51,545 nt of DNA from Octopus sinensis (lineage: Eukaryota): NCBI RefSeq assembly GCF_006345805.1, contig NW_021834019.1, forward strand, positions 1-51,545, read 5' to 3'. Made by a program: the position numbers and the translations under genes. The notes beneath the pieces were generated by a model. It worked only from the letters and a program-made list of their open reading frames with translations, was not told the DNA's origin and made no database searches. The first letter of the stretch is position 1; every line of letters begins with the position of its first letter. Shown one piece after another: positions 26,317 through 40,364 of the stretch.

Positions 26317-26778
26317 GCGCGCGCATGTGTACATGTGTGTGCATACTTGAGTGCATGGCTATGTGAGGTGTGATGGCGATGCTGAATCCCAGGTATATGA
26401 AGAAAGGCGTTTCATCCGCGATCATTCTATCTCTTCCTATATGAAAGCTTATACTAAATAGTCCAATGTGTTTCAATCTGTATCAAAACAGTTACTTTGT
26501 GATATTACGGTAACATGACTGCTATTTCTATGAAGTTGATTGCCTACATAGAATGGTCACTACGTAATTGTTCTCCTTGTATGTAAATACAGTTGCTTTT
26601 CTGATGGTACCAAGGTCTTTTAACATATTCTCTTTCGGATTTTCGCATTAGTTATGAAAGCAAAAGATATTGAGTGTCACGTGCTGCATGACGTCACAAG
26701 TTCTTTCTCTGTTGCCCTCAGACTGTGTCAACAAATGAAGATCAGTCCTGTTTTTTTGCTTTTATTTTTTTTTCATTA

Positions 26779-27210
26779 GGCGCAGGCATAGCTGTGTGGT
26801 TAAGAAGTTCGCTTTGCAACCACGCGGTTTCGGGTTCGGTCCCTCTGCGTGGCATCTTGGGTAAGTGTCTTCTACTATAGCCTCCGGCTGACCAACGCCT
26901 TGTGAGTTAAATTGATTGCTGCAAACAGTACTGAAGCCCGTCATATATATGTGTATGTGTGTAAATTAGTGTGTATGTGTGTAAATGTGTGTGTGCATGT
27001 GTGTGTTTACGTGCGCGTGTTTGCTTACGTATTTGCTTCATCGTATGCCTCTGCAATGACACCGTTCAGAAAATGATGCCCTGTGTTCATGTCTTTTAAC
27101 TTAGAAGTGCGACAATGAAATCGATGAAAAATTTACCAGACCTCAAAAATCCTTCAAAGACACATCCCGTCATGGTCGCAGACTAATGATCGTAGCACGC
27201 GAAAGAGTAA
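26779..27210 (+). mobile_element. SINE family B, diverged 3' half
   Basis: GGCGCAGGCATAGCTGTGTGGTTAAG head and AAGTGTCTTCTACTATAGCC block. Confidence 0.75.
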
Positions 27211-28143
27211 ATGTTGCTCTGGAGGGATTTATTATCTCGAAATTCTGGGTTATATGGAAGTTGCTAGGCTTTAATCCGACTCGAAATCGGGTTAGTCCTG
27301 TTCGAAATACACCACGTGATATATGAACACTGGATATTATCTTCTTTTCTGTCAGATTTCAAGATTGATGTCATTTCTTCTATGAGGTGAGAGAAAGATT
27401 TCCTGTGTCGTGAAGTCTGTTCTTAAATGGATTTACGGTTAGGCCGCTTACTGAGAAACAAGTATTAATGTGCAATAATTTTTTAGCTTTACGTTCTTAC
27501 ATTATTTTGTATATACATGCGCGTACAAACACTCTTAGAGATAGAGAATAATATATATGCATATATACATGTCAGCAGGAGTGTCTTGGTATGCCTGTGT
27601 AACTATCAGTGTTTTATGGGTGTATGTGTATATATATATATATATACTTGCATGAATAGAAACATATACTAATATACGTATGTGTGTGTGTATGTATATA
27701 AACTAATGTGAATAATATAGGTGTGCATATTTAAATATATATACGCTGATGCGGATATATACAAACACATACAGGCACACACACACACTCAAACATATAT
27801 ATATACATGCACGCAGAATACACATACATCCATACACGTAACTTCATGTATGCATTAACCCTTTGATAAATGTTTAATTGGTGTGAATATTCACATCTAA
27901 TATATGTATATGTGTATATATACGCATATATGTGTGTATACGTATATATATATATATATATACATATATGCATATATACATACATATATATACATATGTA
28001 TATATATACATATATACATACTTACATATATGCATACATATATATACATACATATATACATATATATATATACATATATGTATATATATATATATACATA
28101 CATATCTATTTACATATATACATACACACACACACGCACACAT

Positions 28144-28191
<48 letters not shown>

Positions 28192-28924
28192 ATATGTGTA
28201 TATATATATATATGTATATATATATATGAAAATAACATATATGTCGTATAAAAATCAATAAGCTAGAAATTAAGAAATTAGAAATCAATAGAGAATCGAT
28301 AACAAATTAATTTCGATGTGTCTGGAGTTGCGAAGTGCGATTTCACTATCTATAGTAATACAGCTGATTGGATTTTTACTTTCGTTTGTTCGATTTTTCG
28401 TTTTCGTTTTATTTTTTATTGGAGAAAGGGAGGCACGATGCTTCGGCTTGGTTTTTTTTTTAATTCTCATTGCCTCTCTTAATTCAGTTATTCCTTCTCC
28501 ACCCCGCTCTTCCTCCTTTCTCTCACCTCATTCTCTTTATCATTCGCTCTTTCCCCGTTCGCTAGTCTTTCCTTCATTCTTTCTTTCCATATATATATGT
28601 GTGTGTGTGTGTATGTGTGCGTGTGTTTGTGCGTGCATATATATACATATAAATATATGTATTTGTCTGTATGTGTGTACATATATATATATATGTGTGT
28701 TTGTGTGTGTGTGTGTGAGTGTGTGTATACATATGTGCAATATTTATATATATATATATGTCAATATATATATATACATTTGTATATATGCATATATATA
28801 TATATGTATATATATGTGTGTGTGCATATGCATACATATGTAGATAAATAGTAATTATATATAATAATTATGTAGATATATAATTATGTATGTGTATATA
28901 TATATATATATATACATGCATGCA

Positions 28925-28958
<34 letters not shown>

Positions 28959-30067
28959 CATACATACATACATATATGTACATAAATGTGTGTGTATTTG
29001 TGTGTGTGTGCGAGCACGCATATATGTATGTGATAAAGCTGAATATCTATAGATCAGTTTTCTACTCAGGTTATTCGAAGAAGTCATCAAACAACAGTAC
29101 AACCGGTTTCTAAAATATCCGTGACATATATATATATGGATTGTTAGTAGATAAAGTTTCTGGCATCGTATTTCACGCAAAAAGCAAAAAATGTAGTTAG
29201 GGGCGTCACTTATCACGTATTTGTCGAAATGTATGTATGTGTTCAATAACCATCAATAAATTTGGTAATATCCTTAGTAATATCGAGTAGCAGCCTTTAA
29301 TATTAATTTGATATTAAATGACGCCGTTGTTGTCGTTGTCGTTTAACCCCAAGTTAAATCTGTTCAAGCAAGCTTATTATCACGGACGTTTCCAGTCTGT
29401 ATTTGTACGGGTTGTTCTCCAGAAATGTAAGTTTCCATCAAGCAACGTCTGTCTCTTTCGTTTGAGACTGAGGTTATGATGTGAGGGAGATTTAGCACAA
29501 TTTTCAGCAGATCGAGCGACCATGTAGAATACTGAGTTATTCGTTGGTGTTGTTGTTGTTGTTATTGTTGTTGTTGTCGGAGGGTTAGGTTGATCTACGA
29601 ATAAACAGTCGCTGTGGATTCTCCGTCGATCTCGACGACGAGCATTCAGTTCTTCCAGCAACACTGTTCTTACCTGTGAAATTGATGTGTAAATCACTGA
29701 GTATACCAGAAACACGTGTACGCTTAACGTGATTCTCCAGTACAATATAAATGTGTACAATGGCCTCAATATAAAAAAGTCTGGTCATTAGAATTACAGT
29801 TGCAATCCAGGGAAAAGATAAGGGGTGACAGAGAACTGAACCGGCCTCAGTACTAGGCTGGTATTTTCTTTATTGACCCTGAAAGAATGACTAACAAAGT
29901 TAAACACGGCATAATTTGAATTCGCAAAGCAAAGACCCACAATTAATATGGCAAGACATTTTTTCCGACGCTCAAACGGTTCTGCAAATTTCATGCTTCG
30001 GCTAAAAAACTCCAGCAACAACAACTTTATAACACACACTCACACACACACACACACACACACACAC

Positions 30068-30114
<47 letters not shown>

Positions 30115-30988
30115 TTACGCATGTCCACCTAGCTAAATACCAGGATACCATCTATGTAGTCAAATGATCTACTCGCACTAACATATTAAAAATTGAAAGA
30201 CAAGACACATTATAGAGCAGGAAAATGGAATATAATCACGTATAATAATATCTAGGAGTACTTTATCCGGTGTCCACTCCACTTTTTTCTTTAAGGTGTA
30301 ACTGGAATGTGATTTGAAGGACATCAGTTGCTATTTCTAGGAGAACAGCTAATTATGACGAGGTTCAAATTTCGGATCTTGTCGTCCATTATGTTTTTAT
30401 ATTATCTGTGAAATAATAAAGTTTCTATAACTAGATTCTTGTGGTAGTCATCAGAAGAAGAGAATGTTCTGGATTCACGTGTGTAAGTTATTGTTGTTGT
30501 TGTTTTTTTAATCCAAATCAGTCAAGACACATCATACTTATGACATCGAAATAGTTAACATAATTCACAACGCAGTTGTTTCTCTCGTATTTCCATCGTT
30601 CGACAAGCGCTCCTGCCATGACTATCCATTCATCTATTCTAATACTGCATCGTCATTATCTGAAGTAGCCTTCCTTCGATTTCTTTTCCTCTTCCACAAA
30701 TGTATAGTATGATATGAGAGAAATTTGGCTACAATTTCTGAGAGGCCCAGCAACCACATGGAATAGGCTCCAACTCAATTGCGTTGTGTCTTTCTCTTCC
30801 TCAATTTACTGAATCAAAGTCACAGTTCTTTAAACGGTGATAAGACCGACATTCACTTGATGGACACCGGAAATAGTAAATGGCCAAATGAAATTAATAT
30901 ACATACACATATATATACATATATATACACATATATATATATATACATACTTATATACATACATATATATACACACACTTAAATACAT

Positions 30989-31029
<41 letters not shown>

Positions 31030-31073
31030 TATATATATGTACATATATATATACATATATATATATACACATC

Positions 31074-31141
<68 letters not shown>

Positions 31142-31149
31142 ATATATAT

Positions 31150-31378
31150 ATAATGTTAATAAGAGAATCGCAAATTCTATAAAATACAACTACACCGGTT
31201 TCCAGGTCGAAACAAATTTGTTTCGCCATTTTTCTAGCTAAAAACATCTGCTTAAAAAGCAATTGACAAACCGCGTTGTTCTCAGCTTGAGAAATGGTGA
31301 TACAGATAAATAAATTTCGACCAGGAAACCCTGGGTAACTGTGTTTCATAGAATGTATGGTTGTTATTATAACATTAT
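31150..31378. repeat. Imperfect inverted repeat, ~110-nt arms
   Basis: GGTTTCCAGGTCGAAA / TTTCGACCAGGAAACC and ATTCTAT / ATAGAAT; centre CAATTG at about 31262. Confidence 0.85.
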
Positions 31379-31435
31379 CTTTATTCTCTTAGCTGATCGA
31401 GTGCTAGTCAACGTGTGGAAGTCTTACCATATATA

Positions 31436-31829
31436 GGTGCAAGCGTAACAGTGTTGTAAGAAGCTTGCTTCCCAACCACATGGTTCCGGGTTCAACCCCA
31501 CTGCGTAGCACCTTGGGCAAGTGTCTTCTACTATAGCCTCGGGCCGACCGAAGCCTTGTGAGTGGATTTGGTAAACGGAAACTGAAAGAAGTCCGTCGTA
31601 TAAATCTGTGTGTATTTGTTTGAGTGTCTGTGTTTACCCCCCACCACTGCCACAACCACCATCGCTTGACAACCGATGTTGGTGTCTCTACGTCTTCATA
31701 ACTTAGCGGTTCGGCAAGAAAGACTGATAAAATAACTACTAAGAGTAAGTCCTGGGGGCGATTTGTTCGATAAAGGTGGTGCTTCAGCATGGCTGCAGTC
31801 AAATGACTGAAACCATTAAAAGAATAAAG
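31436..31829 (+). mobile_element. SINE family B, full length
   Basis: Colinear with the reverse complement of 11766-12178. Confidence 0.88.
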
Positions 31830-31845
31830 TTATATATATATATCT

Positions 31846-31896
<51 letters not shown>

Positions 31897-32184
31897 AAAG
31901 TGGTGTTTATAGCATAACTTTTATCCATGGTTTACAATGTTTCAACATCTTGATGTAACCCAATGGCACACCACACCAATAAACATTGATGAAAACAAGG
32001 ATTTAGCCCTGTAATATTGTTTAATGTATATTACATAATAGCACTGGAAGTTGTTTCATCAGAACCGATTGCAAATGGAATACAGATAACCATTGCACTA
32101 CATGCTTCATATACCCACCAACTGTTCAGTGTTTCCTGTGGTAAACACCCGGATTTTCAAATACCACCTTGTTCATTGTATTAA

Positions 32185-32232
<48 letters not shown>

Positions 32233-32849
32233 CACATGCAATAAAACCTCCATAAATTGGAAGCCTTTAGTCATTCATTACATTTACCAGAATTAGAATT
32301 TCTATGAAGGACAAATTAGAACCACAAGCACACTATGTTCCAATGCATACATATACATACATATCAATATATATGTGTGTGTATCAATACATATACATTC
32401 ATACTTATCAATATACATACATGCGTAAAGTAAACAAGCAGGGTGTGCGTTGAGTTACATGGATGTATCAAGGGTTGAACAGGCATAACACAAGGAGAAA
32501 AGAAAGCTAGACGAAAGCAGAGCAAACGAGAGATTAGATAAAGACAGGATACACGGAATATTCGTAGCTGAGTTTTCCTCGTCAGTCAATGAGCCAAAAT
32601 ATCATCGTGGTTTCGCGCCAAATGTACACCAGCTAAACAACGCTTTACAAAAAGTTTCTCTCTCACATTAAACAGAAGAAGACTGAGAACGCAAGGACTT
32701 ATATAAAGCAATACTACAGATGATTTCGCGTAAGCTACTCTGTATTTCGTGATAATTGCGTATTCTGTTTATTTGATCAAAAATGATAGAACACGTTTCG
32801 TACATGGAGGCAAACAGGCCCTGAATAGGTGTTGCCTCTGAAATTCACT

Positions 32850-32896
<47 letters not shown>

Positions 32897-32925
32897 ATAT
32901 ACATATATATATATATATATATAAT

Positions 32926-32957
<32 letters not shown>

Positions 32958-33564
32958 GATAATATTTTCTAATGTGTACAGTTAGGTGTAAGATTGGTAC
33001 TTATGAATTTAGAGCCTTTGATGTTTGTCTCAACGTAATGAAACAAAATGGTCACCTGAAGAACTGCTGTGGATTTGCAACCAAAATGCATACTCGCTGA
33101 AGATAATGCAGAGAGACCCAAAGGCGAAACGTGCGTAGGGATCACATGATATAAATTGCATTTTGTGTTTATCACACACACAGACACGCACACGCATCTT
33201 CACAATATCCCTCTGAATAGCAAGATTCAAAAGCCCAGCTTGAAAGACATTAATGAAGACGGGAAGCTTTCTTGGAGAATATAAAACATTAATCATCTCA
33301 AGAGTCTTCTGAGCAACAATAGACGACATTGTTTGGTGGAAGAGAAACTGATAAACAAACTGTGATCCAGTCGTGAGTCATAACTGCACTGTCTGTCTGT
33401 CTGTGACTGCATGCATTATACTTGTGTTGTCTTCATTGTTGGTGTTGTTGTTGTTGTTGTTGTTGACGTTGCAGGTGTTGTTATTGCTGCAGACGTGGCT
33501 TATGTCGTTGTCTATCAGATTAGATTTTATCAGTTTTTACTCAATTACCTCCCTTTGTTTCTCT

Positions 33565-33570
<6 letters not shown>

Positions 33571-33602
<32 letters not shown>

Positions 33603-33653
33603 ACTCAGACTTTTGTTAATTATTCTTTCTTTGCCTTACTATCTGTCCCTCTT

Positions 33654-33719
<66 letters not shown>
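33571..33719. repeat. (CT)n microsatellites
   Basis: Directly visible. Confidence 0.95.
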
Positions 33720-33721
<2 letters not shown>

Positions 33722-34381
33722 GATGTATAGATATACAAACTATTATGAAGTTGGACGTGCAGTTCTTATTAAAGGATGGACACAAGTGTGTTTTTTCAAC
33801 AACATTAATTTGAATTAATGGAAAAAACTTAGATATTTATTTATTTCAGTACACAAACACTATTATATATATATATAATATATATATAATATATATATAT
33901 ATATATTCAAATGCATACATAACGCATTGCATGAGTCGAATATAACATTTGTTTCAACGGTGACACACGTAATATATATATATTATATAATATATAATAT
34001 ATTATATATATATATATATATATACGTATTTGCCGTTAGCGTTACAAATAGCCGAAACCATTCTTCCTCATTTCACTACTACCCTCTAAACATTTCTGTG
34101 CACTCATCGTACTGCTAAAGCATTTCAAAAATGTTTCAACGTCCCATAACAACATATAGCTTGACATTCACAACTAGGGTCTAAGATGAAACACAGCTTT
34201 TTTGCCTTTCTTCCACACCATGTATATTACTCAATGGGTTATGTATTAGGTTTGATGGAGTCTGAACAAGTTAAACTGTCAATAAATGTCTTTGTAATTG
34301 TTTTTTTTTTTACTCAATATACTAACAATTCTCATGTCACAATGTTCCAGATGATCCATAATACCCTGCTTGTAAATATTT

Positions 34382-34424
<43 letters not shown>

Positions 34425-34506
34425 TGGCTTCTGCTTCTATAAAGTACATACATATTTGAACAAACACACATGCATTATACTGTAAGTGTATATCTGATAG
34501 CATAAA

Positions 34507-34753
34507 AACCGCATGGGTATATGATAGGCACCTTTGTTTCGGCAGTGCATATTCAGGAAGCAAAAAGCGGTTTTGGTGCATTAAATCTTATGAAAGGCAT
34601 AACTGCACGTATAAAACCCGGATTTATTTAAAAATAAATCCGGGTTTTATACGTGCAGTTATGCCTTTCATAAGATTTAACGCACCAAAACCGTTTTTTG
34701 CTTCCTGAATATGCACTGCCGAAATAAGGGGGCCTATTATATACCCATGCGGT

Positions 34754-34754
<1 letters not shown>
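34507..34754. repeat. Near-perfect 248-bp palindrome
   Basis: 123-nt arms, 2-nt spacer, 6 substitutions by manual alignment. Confidence 0.95.
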
Positions 34755-34786
<32 letters not shown>

Positions 34787-35111
34787 TATATATATATTAT
34801 ATATATATATAATATATATATATGCATATATATATACATATATATATATACATATATATATACATATATAACATATATATATATACATATATATATATAC
34901 ATATATATATACATAGATATATATATACATATATATATATGTATATATATATCTATGTATATATATATATATACATATATATATACATATATTATACATA
35001 TATATATGTAATATATATCTATGTATATACATACATATATACGTACATATATATATATATACATATATATATACACACATATATATATATACATATATAT
35101 AAATACATATA

Positions 35112-35146
<35 letters not shown>

Positions 35147-35200
35147 TCCATGATGGTAAGATCAACAGGGAAAGGACTCCATCTGATGAGAGATAAAATC

Positions 35201-35407
35201 TATTTAATAAACACAATAAATGTTTTCATGTGCTACTATTAGTTTCATCTCATGAGAACATGCTAGACAGTGTTTTTAAGACGCCTGGTGTTCTATCACA
35301 ATCTTCAGGCACTGCCCGACACCAGGCGTGTTAAAAATAGTCTGGCATGCTCTCGTCACATAAAATTAATAGTAGCGCATAAAAACATATGTTGTGTTTA
35401 TTAAATA
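35201..35407. repeat. Imperfect inverted repeat, ~90-nt arms
   Basis: TATTTAATAAACACAA...ACGCCTGGTGT / ACACCAGGCGT...TTGTGTTTATTAAATA. Confidence 0.9.
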
Positions 35408-35732
35408 ATATATATATTATTCACATATATACATACATTACATATCTTTATTTATACACTCAAATTTCTGCATCATTTTTACACCTATCTATACATTTAC
35501 TCATCTACTTGCTTGCTATAAAAGCTTGTTGTAACTGTTCTTGTATTTGTTATTATAGTTAATGTTATTATATTGTTCCTGTTGTTGTTGCCGTTGTTAT
35601 TGTTTGCTAGTGTTGCTGGTTTCGTTTCTGCTATTTTTGTTGTCACTGTCCTTAAGTTTTATAAAATTTAACTTCCCATTCTTGACTCAACACCTATCAT
35701 TTCCCACTCACTGACCTATATGATCCCCGCAG

Positions 35733-35856
35733 GTGTCCCTTTAGGCGTAAGGTCTTCCTGGCCATTTACACTTTAGAGCGCCATCAAACCCTAATCCACA
35801 TCAAATCATTTCATAGTGCAGATTACGGATATTGCGGTAGACTTCTCGCTAAGTAA
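35733..35856 (+). CDS. Candidate alternative exon (120-nt cassette ending at 35852, or terminal exon with stop at 35854-35856)
   Basis: Branch-point-like CACTGAC (35709-35715) and CCCCGCAG acceptor. Only the phase-2 frame is open: (R)CPFRRKVFLAIYTLERHQTLIHIKSFHSADYGYCGRLLAK*. Possible donor AA|GTAACA at 35853, also phase 2. Confidence 0.35.
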
Positions 35857-35865
35857 CACAACACG

Positions 35866-35904
<39 letters not shown>

Positions 35905-36129
35905 AGCATATAACCCTAAGTGCGGATCTTATCGGTGTAAATCGTATTATTTACTTTTTCAAGATGCCACAGTCCACCACGTTGTAAATAAGCTAATAAG
36001 CTACCATATAAAAATAGAAGACTGGTTTGTGGAGTCGTTGTTAAAGTAGGGAATAACAAGCTAAGTACTTCTCATTTTGCTGGCACTGTGATGTGTCCCC
36101 CCTCACAACAGCTCCCTCTCTACAGCAGA

Positions 36130-36460
36130 GACCATACTAAGGTACAGTCTACCTAGTTGTAAGTAGGTACCATTATATACATCACACTAATATACAGTCG
36201 CCTCTAGAGTGAGATACAGTTCACCTAGATATCAATAGATGATATGGAGTACTACAGTGAAACGCAGTTCACCTGGCTGTATGTAGGCACAACAATATAA
36301 CACAATGGTGTATCATCGACTCACATTTAAGTGTGTTTGGTAACAGCAATGTACCACAGTGAGAGAGTCCACGATGCTGTGGCTAGATACCACAGTGCAT
36401 CGTAATGAAATGTGGTCAGTCTACTTAAAAGTAAGCTGGCCACCACACACTGCAAGAGAA
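36130..36460 (+). repeat. Decayed ~48-bp minisatellite, about 6-7 units
   Basis: Recurring CAGTTCACCT.G.TGTA.GTAGG.AC.AC.AT.TAC.ACAGTGA-like unit. Confidence 0.55.
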
Positions 36461-36563
36461 ATATTTTTATAAATTTCGCTTAGCCATTGCGAGACTAACA
36501 ACAGGGTGTAGAACTCAATATACAATGCTTCGGAACAAAGCATTAGTCGAGTACAGAGATGTA

Positions 36564-36805
36564 ATAAGGAAATGGGATGACAAACAATTGCCTTATCGAC
36601 TTCGATGGCTTACAGGTGTTTCTGCTATAAGACGCAGTGGACTCATAGTTGAGTGCCTGAGTAACACCTTATAGCTTCTTCGCAGCTTAAAATATGAAAT
36701 GCAGTTTATTAGGGAAGAGTCCACCACATCTTATAAGAGAAACAGCTGTAAGCCATGAAGTCTGCAAGATAATTGTTTATTCCTTTGTCATCTTATTTTC
36801 TTTAT
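36564..36805. repeat. Imperfect inverted repeat, ~80-nt arms
   Basis: ATGGCTTACAGGTGTTTCT / AGAAACAGCTGTAAGCCAT and GTGGACTC / GAGTCCAC. Confidence 0.85.
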
Positions 36806-37387
36806 ATATAACAACCATTAGCCAAGAGAAATAACTCAGAGCCACCAGTGGCATGCATATATGGACAACATTAATACAGTTATATCAAATACCACACAAC
36901 ATAAATTCCTGATGAATTAAAATTTTCTCCAACCCTATGAGTTGTGTCAAAATTCTCGAATAACAATTGAAAACAACTCCACATGCGAAAGGGAGATAAT
37001 CTGAAGAATCAATGATTTCCCAAAGTTAATAAGGCCATTAAGGAAAAGGATAGGTTTATTGTCTGGAGATAAGAGGACGCCTATCGATGTAGAAATGCAT
37101 GTCCATGTCTGGCCCCTTATCTTCAGGCAATAAGCATGTCCTTTTCCTTAATGCATGTTAATTTTGGGGAATACTTAAATCAAGAGATTATCTCCCCTTC
37201 TGAAGTGAAGCAGGTCAAGAATTTACGTTGTACGGTACTTGATATACCTGTATTTGTCTATATTGTTCAAATACATATTACAGACAGTTATTTCGCTTCG
37301 CTCATTTTTGTTATACATATATATCAGGCAATAATCTGATGTATGTATATATATCTATATCTATATCTATGTATGTATGTATATATG

Positions 37388-37443
<56 letters not shown>

Positions 37444-37598
37444 GCATGTATGTATGTATATATTTATGTATGTATGTATATGTATATATATATATATATC
37501 TATGTATGAATGTATATATGTATGTATGTATATATTTAGGTATATACTTACATTTTTTCTATACATACACATATATATACATATACATAAATGCATAT

Positions 37599-37644
<46 letters not shown>

Positions 37645-37987
37645 TGCATATATATCACATACATACATATATATATATATTCATATATATATAATATACA
37701 TACATTATATATATACATACATAGATATTAGATAACATATATATATATACATACATACTAAATATATACATACATAGATATAGATAGATATATATATACC
37801 TATATATATACATACATACATACATAGATATAGATATAGATATATACATACATATACATACATATATATATATATATATAATATATATATATATATCTAT
37901 ATATAATAGAAATATAAAATACTAAGTCTCTCTAAAGGACAACGGCAGCGTTAAATATTAGTTATAAGAATGCCATATAGTATATAA

Positions 37988-38029
<42 letters not shown>

Positions 38030-39154
38030 TATATATATATATATACACATACATACATATATGCGTGTGTGTGTGTGCATACATACATCATCTCGTATGG
38101 TGATTGACATATTTGTTTCTCTTCGATATCTTGAAAATTCTATAATATTGAACATATTACTTATAGTCTAAGAAGAATTTATTTTAGAAAGCAATATTTT
38201 ACCAATTTAAGAGAGTTTTTGCAAGTGATACCAAATGTCTGCAATTCACGTTAAATATAACAACTGAGGTTCACCACCTGTGCGTTATGGGTTCAAATGC
38301 TGATTGAGACCTTAAATGCTACCCATGGTCACAACTGATCACAAGACTACAATTGATGATGAAATCTGCATTAAAGCTGTCTGCTCCTAAAATACGATTA
38401 TTCAGTTTACAATTGTTTCGTCGATTTCCACAGTAACCAGTCTTGCACCATGTCGTTAGCATCTCGACAATTACTGAATTATTTCCGTGCACTGCACAAT
38501 TTTTCCTTCACAGGCATATGAATATGCCTTGTCCCTTAAATTGCTTCACGAAATCGTAAGGACAGCGTCATGATATACGGCGTGTTTGGGGAATTTTAGA
38601 CGTGACAGACCTCATCAGTCTCCATTTCTGATGACACTTGATTTCATGCTAGGGGATAAAAAGAGACAGACAGAAAAAAAGACTTAGAGAACGACAAAAA
38701 CCGAACCCTGTATAGGATTGGTACTTTTTTATCTACTCCGAAAGCACAGAAGGGAAAGTTGACCTCGTTAGGATTTGAGCTCAGAAGATGGACAACGGAA
38801 TCTCTTGCTGTGAAGTAATGGTCCTGACATTCTGACTTCGCTAATTACTTGCCTTTACAGACAGACACACACACAGACATAGAGAGAGAGATAGATTAAT
38901 AGATAGATAGAGAGATAAATAGACAGAGAAAGAGAGAGAGATAATGCATATTTAACACATAGAAGATATTAACAGCGCTTTCCAATTTTATATATAAAAC
39001 ATCAGGAAAAATGTTAGTAATCTACTTTGGAGTTACAAATTGTATCTGTCACAAGAAATAAATAACATATACGGATTGCCGTAGTACTAACTGGACAATT
39101 TAGTTAGCCGGAGTCTATATACATAGAGTACTTAAAGAGGTATTCGTCTGGATT

Positions 39155-39243
<89 letters not shown>

Positions 39244-40147
39244 CAAATTTTCGTCTGATGTTTTTTTCAGGAATGCAGATGTTCCATGTCGAGAAAATAT
39301 GAAAATACTCTGCAGTATTCTCTTGGCTCCGTAATTCAAATATTTCTAACCCCCCGGGATGACTTTGCTGTTCATCTCTTTTTGGGACGTCGAAGAAATA
39401 AACTTCCTTTCATTCTCATCTATTATTTAATATAGTATCGATTGATTTAAAACGATTACACCTTAACCATTCTCCATCTTATAACAAACAACCCCAGTTT
39501 TCACAACTGCCTATCCGCCACCCTATGTGACCATCCCTTCACAGCCCAATACAAACACCACTTACACACCTCATTCCTTCCCACGCTCCCAACTCCGTCT
39601 CACGTCTCACCAGGTAATAGTCTCAGCCCACCACAGTCCACCTGCACCCCGCCCATTGTCACCAGCTCAACAATGAACATTATTCTCACCATGCCTACCA
39701 ACCCATCCTCACCTAGCAAAAGCGAGGACCTTTCTATTGGGTTCTCCCACAGAGAATAGATTGTCGAACAAAATAAGTTTCAAGAAAACCCGCTGAGGTC
39801 GATAAAAAGTAAATTCTAAGTTTATCCCTACTGAGCCAGCAGTGAAGATTCCGACGTTTCGTATACGAATACGTAGATCTATTCGTGTACGAAACGTCTT
39901 TCTGTGTTGGCTCTTAATTCTGTAGAAAATCAGTAGAAATAACCTTTAAAATAAGACTATTCATCTACTAACACAAAATTAAAATACAGTATTGATTTGT
40001 AAACATTTAATATACAGCGTAGTATATTACAGTTGGGAAACGAAATACTGTCTCCTTGCTAGCAATTGATATTTATGTACCAGTTGCCAGAAATGTGTTT
40101 AATATGCAAATTGGTCTATCCAGTAAAATTAGTAGGTATTTAAGCAA

Positions 40148-40364
40148 TGTTTCTTATTTACTGCCCACAAGTGGCTACACACAGAGGGAACAAACAAGGA
40201 CAGACAAACAGATTAAGTCGATTATATCGACCCCATTGCGTAACCCCCGAATGGATGAAAGGCAAAGTCGACCTCGGCGGAATTTGAACTCAGAATGTAA
40301 CGACAGACGAAATACCGCTAAGCATTTCGTCCGGCGTGCAAACATTTCTGCCAGCTCACCGCCT
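40148..40364 (-). mobile_element. SINE family A, variant with a different 3' tail
   Basis: GATGAAAGGCAAAGTCGACCTCGGCGGAATTTGAACTCAG core with a different distal segment (ACAGAGGGAACAAACAAGGACAGAC). Confidence 0.8.

Noticed and set aside
36130-36460. CRISPR-like interpretation of the periodic motifs
   Set aside because: Eukaryotic context, whole units are similar (no unique spacers), and no cas genes.
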